21,885 bases of DNA. Origin: a virus. How positions within the stretch are numbered: position 1 is the stretch's first letter; each line of letters opens with the position of its first letter. This document shows, piece after piece, positions 1 to 8,760 of this stretch. The notes under the pieces are model-generated. The model worked only from the letters and a program-made list of their open reading frames with translations. It did not search any database and was not told the origin of the DNA. A program made the translations under genes and the position numbers. The stretch lies in the UHGV virus genome UHGV-0198133. The stretch is one strand, 5' to 3'.

Positions 1-70
1 TTATGAAGGCTCCGGCAGTGGCGACTGGCGCACTGACGGTTTCATCGTGGGTGTCGGTTATAAATTCTGA
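1..70 (+). CDS. lom: 3' end of an Ail/Lom-family outer-membrane protein gene (partial, start outside window)
   Basis: Frame beginning at base 2 reads YEGSGSGDWRTDGFIVGVGYKF then TGA at 68-70. A C-terminal aromatic residue after a GVGY beta-strand is typical of Ail/Lom beta-barrels, and the position directly upstream of stf matches lambda J-lom-stf-tfa order. Confidence 0.5.
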   Translation, partial: YEGSGSGDWRTDGFIVGVGYKF

Positions 71-96
71 TTAGCCAGGTAACACAGTGTTATGAC

Positions 97-124
97 AGCC
101 CGCCGGTTCAGGCGGGCTTTTTTG
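97..124 (+). terminator. Rho-independent terminator after lom
   Basis: GC stem agcccgcc / ggcgggct with loop ggttca, followed by a T-run (ttttttgtg). Confidence 0.5.
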
Positions 125-134
125 TGGGGGGAAT

Positions 135-2666
135 ATGGCAGCAGTAAAAATCTCAGGCGTGCTGAAAGACGGTGCAGGAAAACCGGTACAGAACTGCACC
201 ATTCAGCTCAAAGCAAAACGTAACAGCACCACGGTTGTGGTGAACACGGTGGCCTCTGAAAATCCGGATGAAGCCGGGCGTTACAGTATGGACGTTGAGT
301 ACGGTCAGTACAGCGTTATTCTGTTGGTGGAGGGATTCCCGCCGTCACATGCCGGGACCATCACCGTGTATGAAGATTCTCAACCCGGTACGCTGAATGA
401 TTTTCTCGGTGCCATGACGGAGGATGATGCCCGTCCGGAGGCACTGCGCCGTTTTGAGCTGATGGTGGAAGAGGTGGCGCGTAACGCGTCCGCAGTGGCA
501 CAGAACACGGCAGCCGCGAAGAAGTCAGCCGGCGATGCCAGCACATCAGCCCGTGAGGCGGCAACCCATGCGACTGATGCTGCAGACTCAGCACGCGCAG
601 CCAGCACGTCAGCCGGACAGGCCGTGTCGTCGGCTCAGTCAGCGTCTTCCAGCGCAGGAACGGCATCAGCAAAAGCCTCTGAGGCATCGAAAAGTGCTGC
701 TGCTGCAGAGTCCTCAAAAAGCGCGGCGGCCACCAGTGCCGGTGCAGCGAAAACGTCAGAAACGAATGCGGCAGCCAGCGTTACCGCCGCTGAAAAATCG
801 GCAGAAAGCGCTGCATCGTCCGCTTCAACAGCCACAACGAAGGCTGGCGAAGTCACTGAACAGGCCACTGCAGCTGCGAGGTCTGCTTCCGCAGCGAAGA
901 CATCTGAGACGAATGCGAAAGCGTCGGAAACCCGTGCCGAATCCTCAAAAACGGCAGCCGCATCGTCCGCCAGTTCGGCGGCGTCATCGGCATCATCTGC
1001 GTCTGCTTCAAAAGATGAGGCGACTAAACAGGCGTCAGCAGCGAAAGGCAGCGCCACGACGGCATCCACGAAGGCGACAGAGGCAGCTGGCAGTGCGACG
1101 GCAGCAGCTCAGAGCAAAAGTGCGGCAGAATCCGCAGCAACGCGCGCCGGGACGGCAGCAAAACGGGCAGAGGATATTGCATCCGCTGTGGCGCTTGAGG
1201 ATGCGAGTACGACGAAAAAGGGGATAGTACAACTCAGTAGTGATACCAACAGCACGTCTGAAACACTGGCCGCGACATCGAAAGCGGTTAAGGCGGTAAT
1301 GGATGAAACAAACAAGAAAGCCCCATTAAACAGCCCGACACTGACCGGAACACCAACGACGCCAACTGCGCGACAGGGAACTAATAATACCCAAATCGCA
1401 AGCACGGCTTTCGTTATGGCTGCGATTGCCGCCCTTGTAGATTCGTCACCTGACGCACTGAATACGCTGAACGAGTTAGCGGCGGCGCTGGGAAACGACC
1501 CGAATTTTGCGACCACCATGACTAACGCGCTTGCGGGTAAGCAACCGAAAGATGCCACCCTGACGGCGCTGGCCGGGCTTGCTACTGCGGCAGACAAGTT
1601 TCCGTATTTTACGGGGAATGATGTCGCCAGCCTGGCAACCCTGACAAAAGTCGGGCGGGATATTCTTGCGAAATCGACCGTTGCCGCTGTTATCGAATAC
1701 CTCGGTTTACAGGAAACGGTAAATCAGGCTTCTGGTGCGTTGCAGAAAAACCAGAACGGCGCGGATATTCCAGGAAAAGATACCTTCACCAAAAATATTG
1801 GTGCCTGCCGCGCATATAGCGCATGGCTGAATATTGGTGGCGATAGTCAGGCCTGGACAACCGCACAATTCATTTCGTGGCTGGAGAGTCAGGGAGCATT
1901 TAACCATCCTTACTGGATGTGCAAAGGCTCATGGGCTTATGCAAATAATAAGGTCATTACAGATACAGGTTGCGGAAATATTTGTCTTGCAGGTGCTGTG
2001 GTGGAAGTTACTGGCACTCGCGGCGCAATGACCATACGCGTTACCACGCCGAGTACGTCCAGCGGCGGCGGAATCACTAACGCTCAATTCACTTATATTA
2101 ATCATGGTGATGCTTACGCTCCTGGCTGGCGACGAGACTACAACACGAAAAACCAGCAGCCTGCATTTGCTTTAGGGCAAACAGGAAGCACTGTCGGAAA
2201 TGATAAAGCTGTTGGCTGGAACTGGAATAGCGGGGTCTATAACGCAAATATTGGTGGCGCATCGACATTAATCCTCCACTTCAATATGAATACGGGGAGC
2301 TGCCCTGCTGTACAGTTCCGCGTGAATTACAGGAACGGCGGTATTTTTTATCGTTCAGCGCGTGATGGTTATGGATTTGAGGCTGACTGGTCAGAGTTTT
2401 ACACCACAACCCGCAAACCTTCTGCGGGAGATGTTGGTGCATATACGCGGGCAGAATGTAACTCAAGGTTTATTACAGGTATTCGCCTTGGCGGTCTGTT
2501 ATCTGTTAAGACATGGCATGGTTCCGGCTGGTCTGACAGGTCAGGTTATGTCGTTACGGGTTCAGTTAACGAAAACCGTGATGAATTAATTGATACAATT
2601 CAGGCAAGGCCAATTCAGTATTGCATTAATGGGGTGTGGTATAACGCGGGGAGTATTGAACGATGA
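135..2666 (+). CDS. stf: Side tail fibre protein (lambda Stf-like N-terminus, P2 gpH-like distal region)
   Basis: 843-aa ORF. N-terminus [27 protein letters not shown] matches my recollection of lambda/Rac Stf. A long Ala/Ser/Thr-rich low-complexity segment follows, then motifs shared with P2 gpH ([62 protein letters not shown]). Confidence 0.85.
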   Translation: MAAVKISGVLKDGAGKPVQNCTIQLKAKRNSTTVVVNTVASENPDEAGRYSMDVEYGQYSVILLVEGFPPSHAGTITVYEDSQPGTLNDFLGAMTEDDARPEALRRFELMVEEVARNASAVAQNTAAAKKSAGDASTSAREAATHATDAADSARAASTSAGQAVSSAQSASSSAGTASAKASEASKSAAAAESSKSAAATSAGAAKTSETNAAASVTAAEKSAESAASSASTATTKAGEVTEQATAAARSASAAKTSETNAKASETRAESSKTAAASSASSAASSASSASASKDEATKQASAAKGSATTASTKATEAAGSATAAAQSKSAAESAATRAGTAAKRAEDIASAVALEDASTTKKGIVQLSSDTNSTSETLAATSKAVKAVMDETNKKAPLNSPTLTGTPTTPTARQGTNNTQIASTAFVMAAIAALVDSSPDALNTLNELAAALGNDPNFATTMTNALAGKQPKDATLTALAGLATAADKFPYFTGNDVASLATLTKVGRDILAKSTVAAVIEYLGLQETVNQASGALQKNQNGADIPGKDTFTKNIGACRAYSAWLNIGGDSQAWTTAQFISWLESQGAFNHPYWMCKGSWAYANNKVITDTGCGNICLAGAVVEVTGTRGAMTIRVTTPSTSSGGGITNAQFTYINHGDAYAPGWRRDYNTKNQQPAFALGQTGSTVGNDKAVGWNWNSGVYNANIGGASTLILHFNMNTGSCPAVQFRVNYRNGGIFYRSARDGYGFEADWSEFYTTTRKPSAGDVGAYTRAECNSRFITGIRLGGLLSVKTWHGSGWSDRSGYVVTGSVNENRDELIDTIQARPIQYCINGVWYNAGSIER

Positions 2667-3205
2667 TGCACTTAAAAAACATTACTGCTGGCAACCCTAA
2701 AACAAAAGAGCAATACCAGCTAACGAAACAATTTAACATCAAATGGCTTTATACAGAGGATGGGAAAAACTGGTATGAGGAACAAAAGAACTTTCAGCCT
2801 GATACGTTGAAAATGGTCTATGACCACAACGGCGTTATTATTTGTATTGAAAAGGATGTTTCAGCAATTAATCCGGAAGGCGCAAGCGTCGTTGAATTAC
2901 CTGATATTACAGCAAATCGCCGGGCTGATATTTCGGGTAAATGGATGTTTAAGGATGGCGTGGTAATTAACCGGGAATGCACTTATGAAGAACTGGTGCA
3001 GCAGGCAAAAAATAAAAAGAGCTTATTAATGCGACAGGCCGATGATTGCATGGCACCCCTTCGGGATGCTGTGGATTTGGATATGGCGACAGAGGGGGAA
3101 AAGGAACAGTTACTGACCTGGAAGAAATATCGGGTGTTACTAAACCGTGTTGATACATCGACCGCGCCGGATATCGAATGGCCGGAAGAACCAGACACAA
3201 TGTAA
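2663..3205 (+). CDS. tfa: Tail fibre assembly chaperone (P2 gpG / Tfa family)
   Basis: 180-aa ORF whose ATG overlaps the stf stop (ATGA). N-terminus [25 protein letters not shown] and internal [14 protein letters not shown] resemble P2 gpG/Tfa as recalled. Confidence 0.85.
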   Translation: MMHLKNITAGNPKTKEQYQLTKQFNIKWLYTEDGKNWYEEQKNFQPDTLKMVYDHNGVIICIEKDVSAINPEGASVVELPDITANRRADISGKWMFKDGVVINRECTYEELVQQAKNKKSLLMRQADDCMAPLRDAVDLDMATEGEKEQLLTWKKYRVLLNRVDTSTAPDIEWPEEPDTM

Positions 3206-3361
3206 GCGAAAAAGAAAAACCGCAGACACGACGTATGCAGGACGTGCTGCGGTTGGCTGGCGAACTTTCGATAGTGCGAGTATTGAATGATTTCCAGCCG
3301 TTATTGATTTTATATAACTGTAGTGGAGTTATTCAACACACAGGCAAAACAGAATAATCTG

Positions 3362-3399
3362 AGAAAAAAGCGTGCTTCGTCAGTCCGGGGCGAAGCACG
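3362..3399 (-). terminator. Hairpin with T-run on the minus strand (putative intrinsic terminator)
   Basis: Inverted repeat cgtgcttcg (3371-3379) / cgaagcacg (3391-3399) with an 11-nt loop. The A-run at 3363-3369 gives a U-run after the stem on the minus strand. Confidence 0.4.
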
Positions 3400-3566
3400 T
3401 CTGAATGACACCTGAAAATTTCCCGTCCGTTAAGTGTCCATCCCGAGAGAAGTGGGGAACCATAACACCCTGTCGGGACGCAGAAAGAAACAACACAACT
3501 TGCAGGGATATTTCTCGATACTACGTCAATGGGGGGTGTTAAATTATTACACTTAGTTACAAATAG

Positions 3567-3600
3567 AAAAGCCTCTGACTTCATAAGCAGAGGCTTTTCT
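3567..3600 (+). terminator. Hairpin with flanking A-run and T-run (putative bidirectional terminator)
   Basis: Inverted repeat aaaagcctctg / cagaggctttt around a 10-nt loop, followed by ttttct. Confidence 0.4.
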
Positions 3601-3718
3601 GAAATGCACGTGCATTTTGCGTGTATATTTTGGTCTTTTTCTGGTCCGCTCACTGTCTGGTCAGTGTCCATAAGTGACTGTTTTTATAGTCTCTGTCTGG
3701 TTGTGGTCCTGTCAAAAG

Positions 3719-3763
3719 TGGTGGAGCTGGCGGGAGTTGAACCCGCGTCCGAAATTCCTACAT
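3719..3763 (-). other. Prophage attachment core: duplicated 3' end of ssrA (tmRNA)
   Basis: Reverse complement reads ATGTAGGAATTTCGGACGCGGGTTCAACTCCCGCCAGCTCCACCA, a tRNA-like T-arm (GGGTTCAACTCCC) plus acceptor 3' end ending CCACCA, matching the E. coli ssrA 3' end from memory. No tmRNA body follows on the 5' side, so this is the partial duplicate copy. Confidence 0.6.
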
Positions 3764-3848
3764 ACCATTTTTACTATAGCAAAAACAGTAGTTTGCATTT
3801 AAAAACAGTGCGTTATTGTTATGTAGTGTTTGTCCATTTTACTAATTT

Positions 3849-4895
3849 TTAATGCGCTGCCGCCAAAGTGCCGCCAACTTCGTTAGGAACTAGAGTTAGT
3901 GCTTCAGAAACGTAATCAGCCCATTCCTGCGAAGAAAATGCTTGTAAAGAATTGGCGTGTTTTCTGAATTTAAACCTCAACTTACCAACATATAAGTAAT
4001 TATAAATGTTGTCGTAATGTGGTATATCTTCATTATATATCAAACGAATTAGTTTTCTTGATAGAAGATATGATATTTCTAAAATATCGGCGAATACTTG
4101 TTCTTCAAGTGTAAATGTTTTTAATTGATACCCATCATATTTTATCAAACAGTATACATGAGATATGGGGGATGTACATATCAGGTCTAATAACGAGGCT
4201 GTATTATATGACAAAGTGTTAAGTCGAATCATGTAACTTAATGGATTATATTCATCTATAGAGTGTTGAACCGACAGAGTATTATTAATTGTGTTTAAGT
4301 ACTCCTTTAATTGCACTAAAAAATCAGGGTTTGCGGTGAAGTTAGATGTGGTCTCTATATTTGATTTGTTGTATATTTTTGTATATAAAAGATATGGGTT
4401 GGAAATTTTAATTTCATCTGCTGTAAACAAAGTGATATTTGGTTCGCCATTGAATTTAATGAGGTTTCCATCTGAGTCTCTCGCGCTTTGAAGATTGTAG
4501 GCGAATATTTCCTTTGTTTTCTCAATAAAGTTTTTCTCATGTGCTAAATATCTATCGACTGCATTTTTCGTTTCAGCGGTGTTGATCTGAGCTTCGGTTT
4601 GTATAGTGCGATGTATATTGTTGACGATCGAAGCCAAAGGAACTGCACTAGCTAGCAATAGTAGAGGGAATTTGCTTATTTCGTAAAATCTTGAATAGCC
4701 ATGTGCGGAGAGTACTGGTTCTTTTCCCCACCATGTGAAAAAACCAAAATAGATAAAGGAAAATAAAGGTGTTAAAACTGAAATCCAAAATAATTTCTGA
4801 CGAAATAAATTTCTTTTATCAAGCATGTACCATTTTTTACTATTGTAATAAATACTAATAAAACGATTGCTGCAATATAAATCACTGTATAACAA
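3849..4895 (-). CDS. Hypothetical AT-rich predicted membrane protein between att and int (cargo/moron)
   Basis: 348-aa ORF, visibly much more AT-rich than the flanking phage genes. Hydrophobic N-terminal segments (LFWISVLTPLFSFIYFGFFTWW and FPLLLLASAVPLASIV) are followed by an Asn/Tyr/Ile-rich soluble region. Start is uncertain: TTG at 4895 or in-frame ATG at 4826. Confidence 0.55.
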   Translation of the reverse strand: MLYSDLYCSNRFISIYYNSKKWYMLDKRNLFRQKLFWISVLTPLFSFIYFGFFTWWGKEPVLSAHGYSRFYEISKFPLLLLASAVPLASIVNNIHRTIQTEAQINTAETKNAVDRYLAHEKNFIEKTKEIFAYNLQSARDSDGNLIKFNGEPNITLFTADEIKISNPYLLYTKIYNKSNIETTSNFTANPDFLVQLKEYLNTINNTLSVQHSIDEYNPLSYMIRLNTLSYNTASLLDLICTSPISHVYCLIKYDGYQLKTFTLEEQVFADILEISYLLSRKLIRLIYNEDIPHYDNIYNYLYVGKLRFKFRKHANSLQAFSSQEWADYVSEALTLVPNEVGGTLAAAH

Positions 4896-4914
4896 GTATC
4901 ACTTAACATGATTT

Positions 4915-5931
4915 TCACTCAATATAATTTAAAGGATTCTTAGTTACTGCATCTTCTAAGTGTTCTGGTGAAAAATGAGAATAGATCATCGTCATTTTTA
5001 TATCGGCATGGCCCAGAATATCGCGCAGCACCAGTATGTTTCCGCCATTCATCATAAAATGGCTGGCGAATGTATGACGTAGCACGTGAGTGCATTGGCC
5101 CTCTGGCAGCTCGATGCCAGCTCGCTTTACTGCTCGTTCAAAGGCTTTTCTGCACGGGGTGAATAGCTTCCCTCTGTTCTTGGGGAGTTCGTCATACAGA
5201 TCTTGAGATATCGGCACGGTGCGGTTTTTCTTACCCTTCGTCTTGGTATAAGTGATGCGGTATTTAGATAACTGATGGCCCTGCAGGTTTTCGGCTTCAC
5301 TCCAGCGTGCGCCGGTGGCCAGGCATATTTTTGCAATCAAAAGCAGACTGGGGTTTTGAGAATCAGCGCAGGCATCTAGCAGACGTTTAATTTCTTCCGA
5401 GGTCAGGAACGCCAGTTCCCCCTCAGCGATTTTAAATGTTGGCAGCCCGGCGAGAGGATTTGGTGCTGACCAGTGGCCTAGTTTTTTCAATGTGCCAAAA
5501 ACCGATGATAGGTTACGTTGCTCAAGATTCACCGTGCGTGGTTTTACTGGCGACATTAGTGTGCCGTCTTCGTTACGAACGTCACCTTTTAACCGTGCTT
5601 CGCGGTATTTCGTAAAGTCACCGGCTGTCAGTTCTGAGGCGATGGGGTCGCCTAGACCATTACAGATAATTCTAAGTTTCGCCATGAGGCGCTTGGGGTC
5701 TGCGAGTGTCTGACCATACAGGGAATACCAAAGCTCAATTAATTCTGATAGGCGTCGCCGATCATCCTTTTCACCCAACCACGGTTTTTTATTCACTTCT
5801 TCCATTGTGAAGCTTTCAAAAGCAATGGCTTCGCCTTTCGTAGCAAATTGCTTACGCACGCGCTTACCATTGCGTCCATTGGGATAGCACTCACACAACC
5901 ATTTTCCGTTCGGCTGTTTTCTGATGGTCAT
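4915..5931 (-). CDS. int: Tyrosine site-specific integrase (P2/186 Int family)
   Basis: 338-aa ORF adjacent to att. C-terminal catalytic region contains HVLRHTFASHFMMNGGNILVLRDILGHADIKMTMIYSHF (R, H-x-x-R and Y of the tyrosine recombinase signature). Confidence 0.9.
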   Translation of the reverse strand: MTIRKQPNGKWLCECYPNGRNGKRVRKQFATKGEAIAFESFTMEEVNKKPWLGEKDDRRRLSELIELWYSLYGQTLADPKRLMAKLRIICNGLGDPIASELTAGDFTKYREARLKGDVRNEDGTLMSPVKPRTVNLEQRNLSSVFGTLKKLGHWSAPNPLAGLPTFKIAEGELAFLTSEEIKRLLDACADSQNPSLLLIAKICLATGARWSEAENLQGHQLSKYRITYTKTKGKKNRTVPISQDLYDELPKNRGKLFTPCRKAFERAVKRAGIELPEGQCTHVLRHTFASHFMMNGGNILVLRDILGHADIKMTMIYSHFSPEHLEDAVTKNPLNYIE

Positions 5932-5932
5932 A

Positions 5933-6565
5933 TCAAAGGCTCTTAATGATTTTCAGTGCGCGGCCTACTACCTCAATGTCATCTAGGCCACACTCAAACG
6001 ATGAATCATCCTGATGTACTACTAATTTGTTTCCCGGGAGTCGAGTCAATTTAACAATGCTTTTTATCCCGTCGATATCGACTAACCACATACCATTTAC
6101 TGGTGGTGTTTGGTTGCGATCTATTAAATAAGAATCACCAGAAGTAGTCACCAGCAGTAGGTTGCTTGAGTCTGAGGGGAGTATGCTGCTATCAATGATT
6201 GCTTTTCCAGCATCGATCAATAAACCACCGTTGAGAGTCGCCTTGTCAATTTCAGGAGATACTAGTTCAGAAAGAGGTATAACCTTGCTGGAGTTCACGG
6301 AATTGATATTTTTTTGGGGTTCAATGTTTGAACCTGGCTCCCCCTGTCCGGTGGTTAGCCACAGTAAAGAAACTCCTGTTTCCAAGGCGCACTGAATCAC
6401 CCACTCTGCAGGAAAACTATCTCTTAAGTATCTGTTTGCCATGGTGCTTTTTGATGCGCCTAAGTGATCGCAAAGTTGCTGTCTGGACTTGAAATCATAG
6501 GCTGCCATTAGTCTATGGATAGCCTCTCTTCCCCCTGTATTCTCTCCAACCTTTACATGTATCAT
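5933..6565 (-). CDS. cI: 186-type CI immunity repressor
   Basis: 210-aa ORF divergent from the lytic operon, with its stop overlapping the int start (cI-int operon as in 186). N-terminal region has an HTH-like segment (LGASKSTMANRYL). Family assignment rests on position and size. Confidence 0.7.
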   Translation of the reverse strand: MIHVKVGENTGGREAIHRLMAAYDFKSRQQLCDHLGASKSTMANRYLRDSFPAEWVIQCALETGVSLLWLTTGQGEPGSNIEPQKNINSVNSSKVIPLSELVSPEIDKATLNGGLLIDAGKAIIDSSILPSDSSNLLLVTTSGDSYLIDRNQTPPVNGMWLVDIDGIKSIVKLTRLPGNKLVVHQDDSSFECGLDDIEVVGRALKIIKSL

Positions 6566-6577
6566 TTTTTAATCCTG

Positions 6578-6625
6578 TTGACGTATCAAATATTGGGTCG
6601 TAGTATCTCGATGTATCAAATATTG
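6578..6625 (+). promoter_or_regulatory. Lysis-lysogeny switch region: candidate rightward promoter with repeated operator-like elements
   Basis: TTGACG (6578-6583), 17-bp spacer, TAGTAT (6601-6606). Direct repeat gtatcaaatattg at 6583-6595 and again at 6613-6625, 30 bp apart, overlapping the promoter elements between divergent cI and apl. Confidence 0.4.
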
Positions 6626-6684
6626 AATCAAGTAAAACGAGATAAAACGACGTAAACCAAACCTTAATCGGGAGATACTGCACT

Positions 6685-6927
6685 ATGAGCACTGATATTT
6701 CAATTCGTGTACCAAAAGAGATGGCTACGCCTGCAGAGTTCGCGGAATGGGAAGGTATCTCCCGCGGCTCCGTGTATCAAAAAATTCACCATGGTCAGCT
6801 TGCTAAATACATGGTCAAGAAAGAAAAAAACAAAGGCCGCGTAAGCCTGCGTTATTTAATGTACAAAACCGATCAGGTCCGTGAATCCCTCGGTCATTCC
6901 AACTTCCGCGTCATTGTTGGTAAGTAA
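6685..6927 (+). CDS. Apl/Cox-like excisionase and switch regulator
   Basis: 80-aa ORF, first gene of the rightward operon opposite cI, with an SD-like gggaga upstream. Assignment is by size and position only. Confidence 0.5.
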   Translation: MSTDISIRVPKEMATPAEFAEWEGISRGSVYQKIHHGQLAKYMVKKEKNKGRVSLRYLMYKTDQVRESLGHSNFRVIVGK

Positions 6928-6959
6928 GTTCAATTATGAGAACTTTCTAAGGGGGTAGC

Positions 6960-7469
6960 ATGTTTGATTATAAGATTTCCAAACACCCGCATTTTGATGA
7001 AGCCTGTAGAGCTTTTGCACTTCGTCACAATATGGCGAAGCTGGCAGAACGTGCAGGAATGAATGTCCAGACTCTGCGAAACAAACTCAACCCAGATCAA
7101 CCGCATCAGCTCAATGCGCCAGAAATCTGGCTGCTTACCGATCTGACTGAAGATTCAACGCTGATAGATGGTTTTCTGGCACAGATTCACTGCCTGCCAT
7201 GTGTACCGATTAATGAGGTAGCAAAAGAGAAACTGCCGCATTACGTCATGAGTGCAACCGCAGAGATCGGGCGTGTTGCTGCAGGTGCGGTATCTGGCGA
7301 TGTAAAAACCAGTGCCGGTCGTCGTGATGCCATCAGCAGCATTAATTCTGTAACACGACTGATGGCGCTGGCGGCTGTTTCATTGCAGGCCCGTTTACAG
7401 GCTAACCCTGCGATGGCGAGTGCAGTTGATACTGTGACTGGCCTCGGTGCTTCATTCGGTTTGCTGTGA
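6960..7469 (+). CDS. cII: CII-like lysogeny-establishment regulator
   Basis: 169-aa ORF immediately after apl-like, with aagggggtagcATG providing an SD. Size and position match 186 CII. Confidence 0.55.
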   Translation: MFDYKISKHPHFDEACRAFALRHNMAKLAERAGMNVQTLRNKLNPDQPHQLNAPEIWLLTDLTEDSTLIDGFLAQIHCLPCVPINEVAKEKLPHYVMSATAEIGRVAAGAVSGDVKTSAGRRDAISSINSVTRLMALAAVSLQARLQANPAMASAVDTVTGLGASFGLL

Positions 7470-7476
7470 GGTGCTT

Positions 7477-7773
7477 ATGCTGACGAAAGAACCATCATTT
7501 GCGTCGCTGCTGGTAAAACAAAGTCCGGCAATGCACTACGGTCACGGCTGGATCACGGGTGAGGATGGAAAACGCTGGCATCCATGTCATTCACAAGATG
7601 AATTGCTGTCTGAATTGACCACGAGGAAACGGAGAAAGTCCAAATGTATGCGGCAGAAAGTGAAGTGGTTTATCAGTTTCGTTACAGAGGGGAGAGTTAT
7701 TCAGTACCTGAAGATGATTTGCTCTGTTGCTATCCGTCATTGTCGGGCGATGGCAGTTACTTTTTCACGTTAA
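7477..7773 (+). CDS. Hypothetical early protein (start taken at first ATG; 3' part overlaps the next ORF)
   Basis: ORF in the fil/dhr position of 186-like phages. First ~55 aa look protein-like (MLTKEPSFASLLVKQSPAMHYGHGWITGEDGKRWHPCHSQDELLSELTTRKRRKS); the tail looks like an out-of-frame read. Confidence 0.35.
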   Translation: MLTKEPSFASLLVKQSPAMHYGHGWITGEDGKRWHPCHSQDELLSELTTRKRRKSKCMRQKVKWFISFVTEGRVIQYLKMICSVAIRHCRAMAVTFSR

Positions 7774-7868
7774 AGGATGGGACGTTTTTACGGGGAGAGC
7801 AGGTTAAAGAGACGATACGAAAAAATGTATCTCCTCTTGAGCGTTACCGTAAGAACAAAGAACGATAG
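7644..7868 (+). CDS. Hypothetical early protein
   Basis: 74-aa ORF with GGAG about 9 nt upstream of the ATG. Overlaps the 3' end of the previous ORF in another frame. Confidence 0.4.
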   Translation: MYAAESEVVYQFRYRGESYSVPEDDLLCCYPSLSGDGSYFFTLKDGTFLRGEQVKETIRKNVSPLERYRKNKER

Positions 7869-7890
7869 CTGCGTTTGGGGGATATGAAGT

Positions 7891-8232
7891 ATGGCAATTA
7901 ATGGCGCTGCAGCAACTGTTCCATTAAGCCCCGGTGAACGCCTGAATGGACTTAATCACATTGCGGAGTTAAGGGCGAAAGTTTTTGGCATGAATATTGA
8001 GTCAGAGCTTGAGCGGTTTATTAAAGATATGCGTGATCCACGGGATATTAATAGCGAACAAAATAAACGGGCACTGGCTGCCATATTCTTTATGGCAAAA
8101 ATTCCAGCTGAACGTCATAGCATCAGCATTAATGAGCTGACCACTGACGAAAAGCGGGAGTTGATTAAAGCAATGAATCATTTTCGTGCAGTGGTGAGCT
8201 TATTTCCCAGACGGCTAACCATGCCGAATTAA
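7891..8232 (+). CDS. Hypothetical early protein
   Basis: 113-aa ORF on the same strand within the early operon; no recognisable motif. Confidence 0.5.
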   Translation: MAINGAAATVPLSPGERLNGLNHIAELRAKVFGMNIESELERFIKDMRDPRDINSEQNKRALAAIFFMAKIPAERHSISINELTTDEKRELIKAMNHFRAVVSLFPRRLTMPN

Positions 8233-8299
8233 CCAACTAATGAAATTCATGGCGTAAACCCGCCGGGCATCCCTTTATCTAAATTCAGGAGAATTGACA

Positions 8300-8533
8300 A
8301 TGCGTAATATTGAAACCCGCGCCACTAAAACCGGACCGGATGATGCAGGGCTTAATCTTTTACTGACAGAGGCTCGTCTGGAAGAACGCCGGGCAAGGGC
8401 TGAAGCAATGGCTGCCCGCCTTGATAGTCTTGCGTGTCATATCACATCCCGCCAGCTAAACCACGTCGAAGCGGCAGAACTGCTGCGTGTGACTGCTGAA
8501 GCAATCCAGAACGAAGCGCAGGAGATCCACTAA
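8300..8533 (+). CDS. Hypothetical early protein (start moved to ATG at 8300)
   Basis: caggag at 8286-8291 lies 8 nt upstream of ATG 8300; the ORF track began at TTG 8294. Stop overlaps the next start (TAATG). Confidence 0.5.
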   Translation: MRNIETRATKTGPDDAGLNLLLTEARLEERRARAEAMAARLDSLACHITSRQLNHVEAAELLRVTAEAIQNEAQEIH

Positions 8534-8760
8534 TGGCTGATGCAATGGATCTCGTACAGCAGCGCGTTGAAGAAGAACGCCAGCGCCATATCCGTGCTGC
8601 CCGTGCCAAAACACCGGGCGTGTCCCGCGTGCTTTGCATTGAGTGTGAAGCGCCAATTCCGCCAGTACGACGCCGCGCCATTCCGGGTGTGCAGCTTTGC
8701 ATTACCTGCCAGGAAATCGCAGAACTGAAAGGCAAACATTACAACGGAGGTGCTGTATGA
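8533..8760 (+). CDS. TraR/DksA-family C4 zinc-finger protein
   Basis: 75-aa ORF with CIECEAPIPP...QLCITCQ, i.e. CxxC-x17-CxxC at the C-terminus, as in phage and plasmid TraR/DksA-like proteins. Confidence 0.7.
   Translation: MADAMDLVQQRVEEERQRHIRAARAKTPGVSRVLCIECEAPIPPVRRRAIPGVQLCITCQEIAELKGKHYNGGAV

Noticed and set aside
361-1597. Several long ORFs in alternative frames and on the minus strand within the tail fibre gene (e.g. 535-1227 +, 635-1069 -, 1109-1597 -)
   Set aside because: They fall entirely in the GC-rich Ala/Ser codon repeat and translate to Arg/Pro/Gln- or Ala-rich low-complexity strings. This is the expected artefact of a repetitive coding region.
3333-3852. ORFs 3333-3671 (-) and 3529-3852 (+) in the tfa-to-att interval
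   Set aside because: They span two hairpin terminators and the ssrA-derived att core, lack convincing ribosome-binding sites, and the region reads as junction DNA.
8697-8757. N-terminal extension of the Dam ORF from ATG 8697
   Set aside because: The extension overlaps the TraR-like gene in another frame. ATG 8758 has a GGAGG upstream and begins directly at the conserved Dam N-terminal motif.
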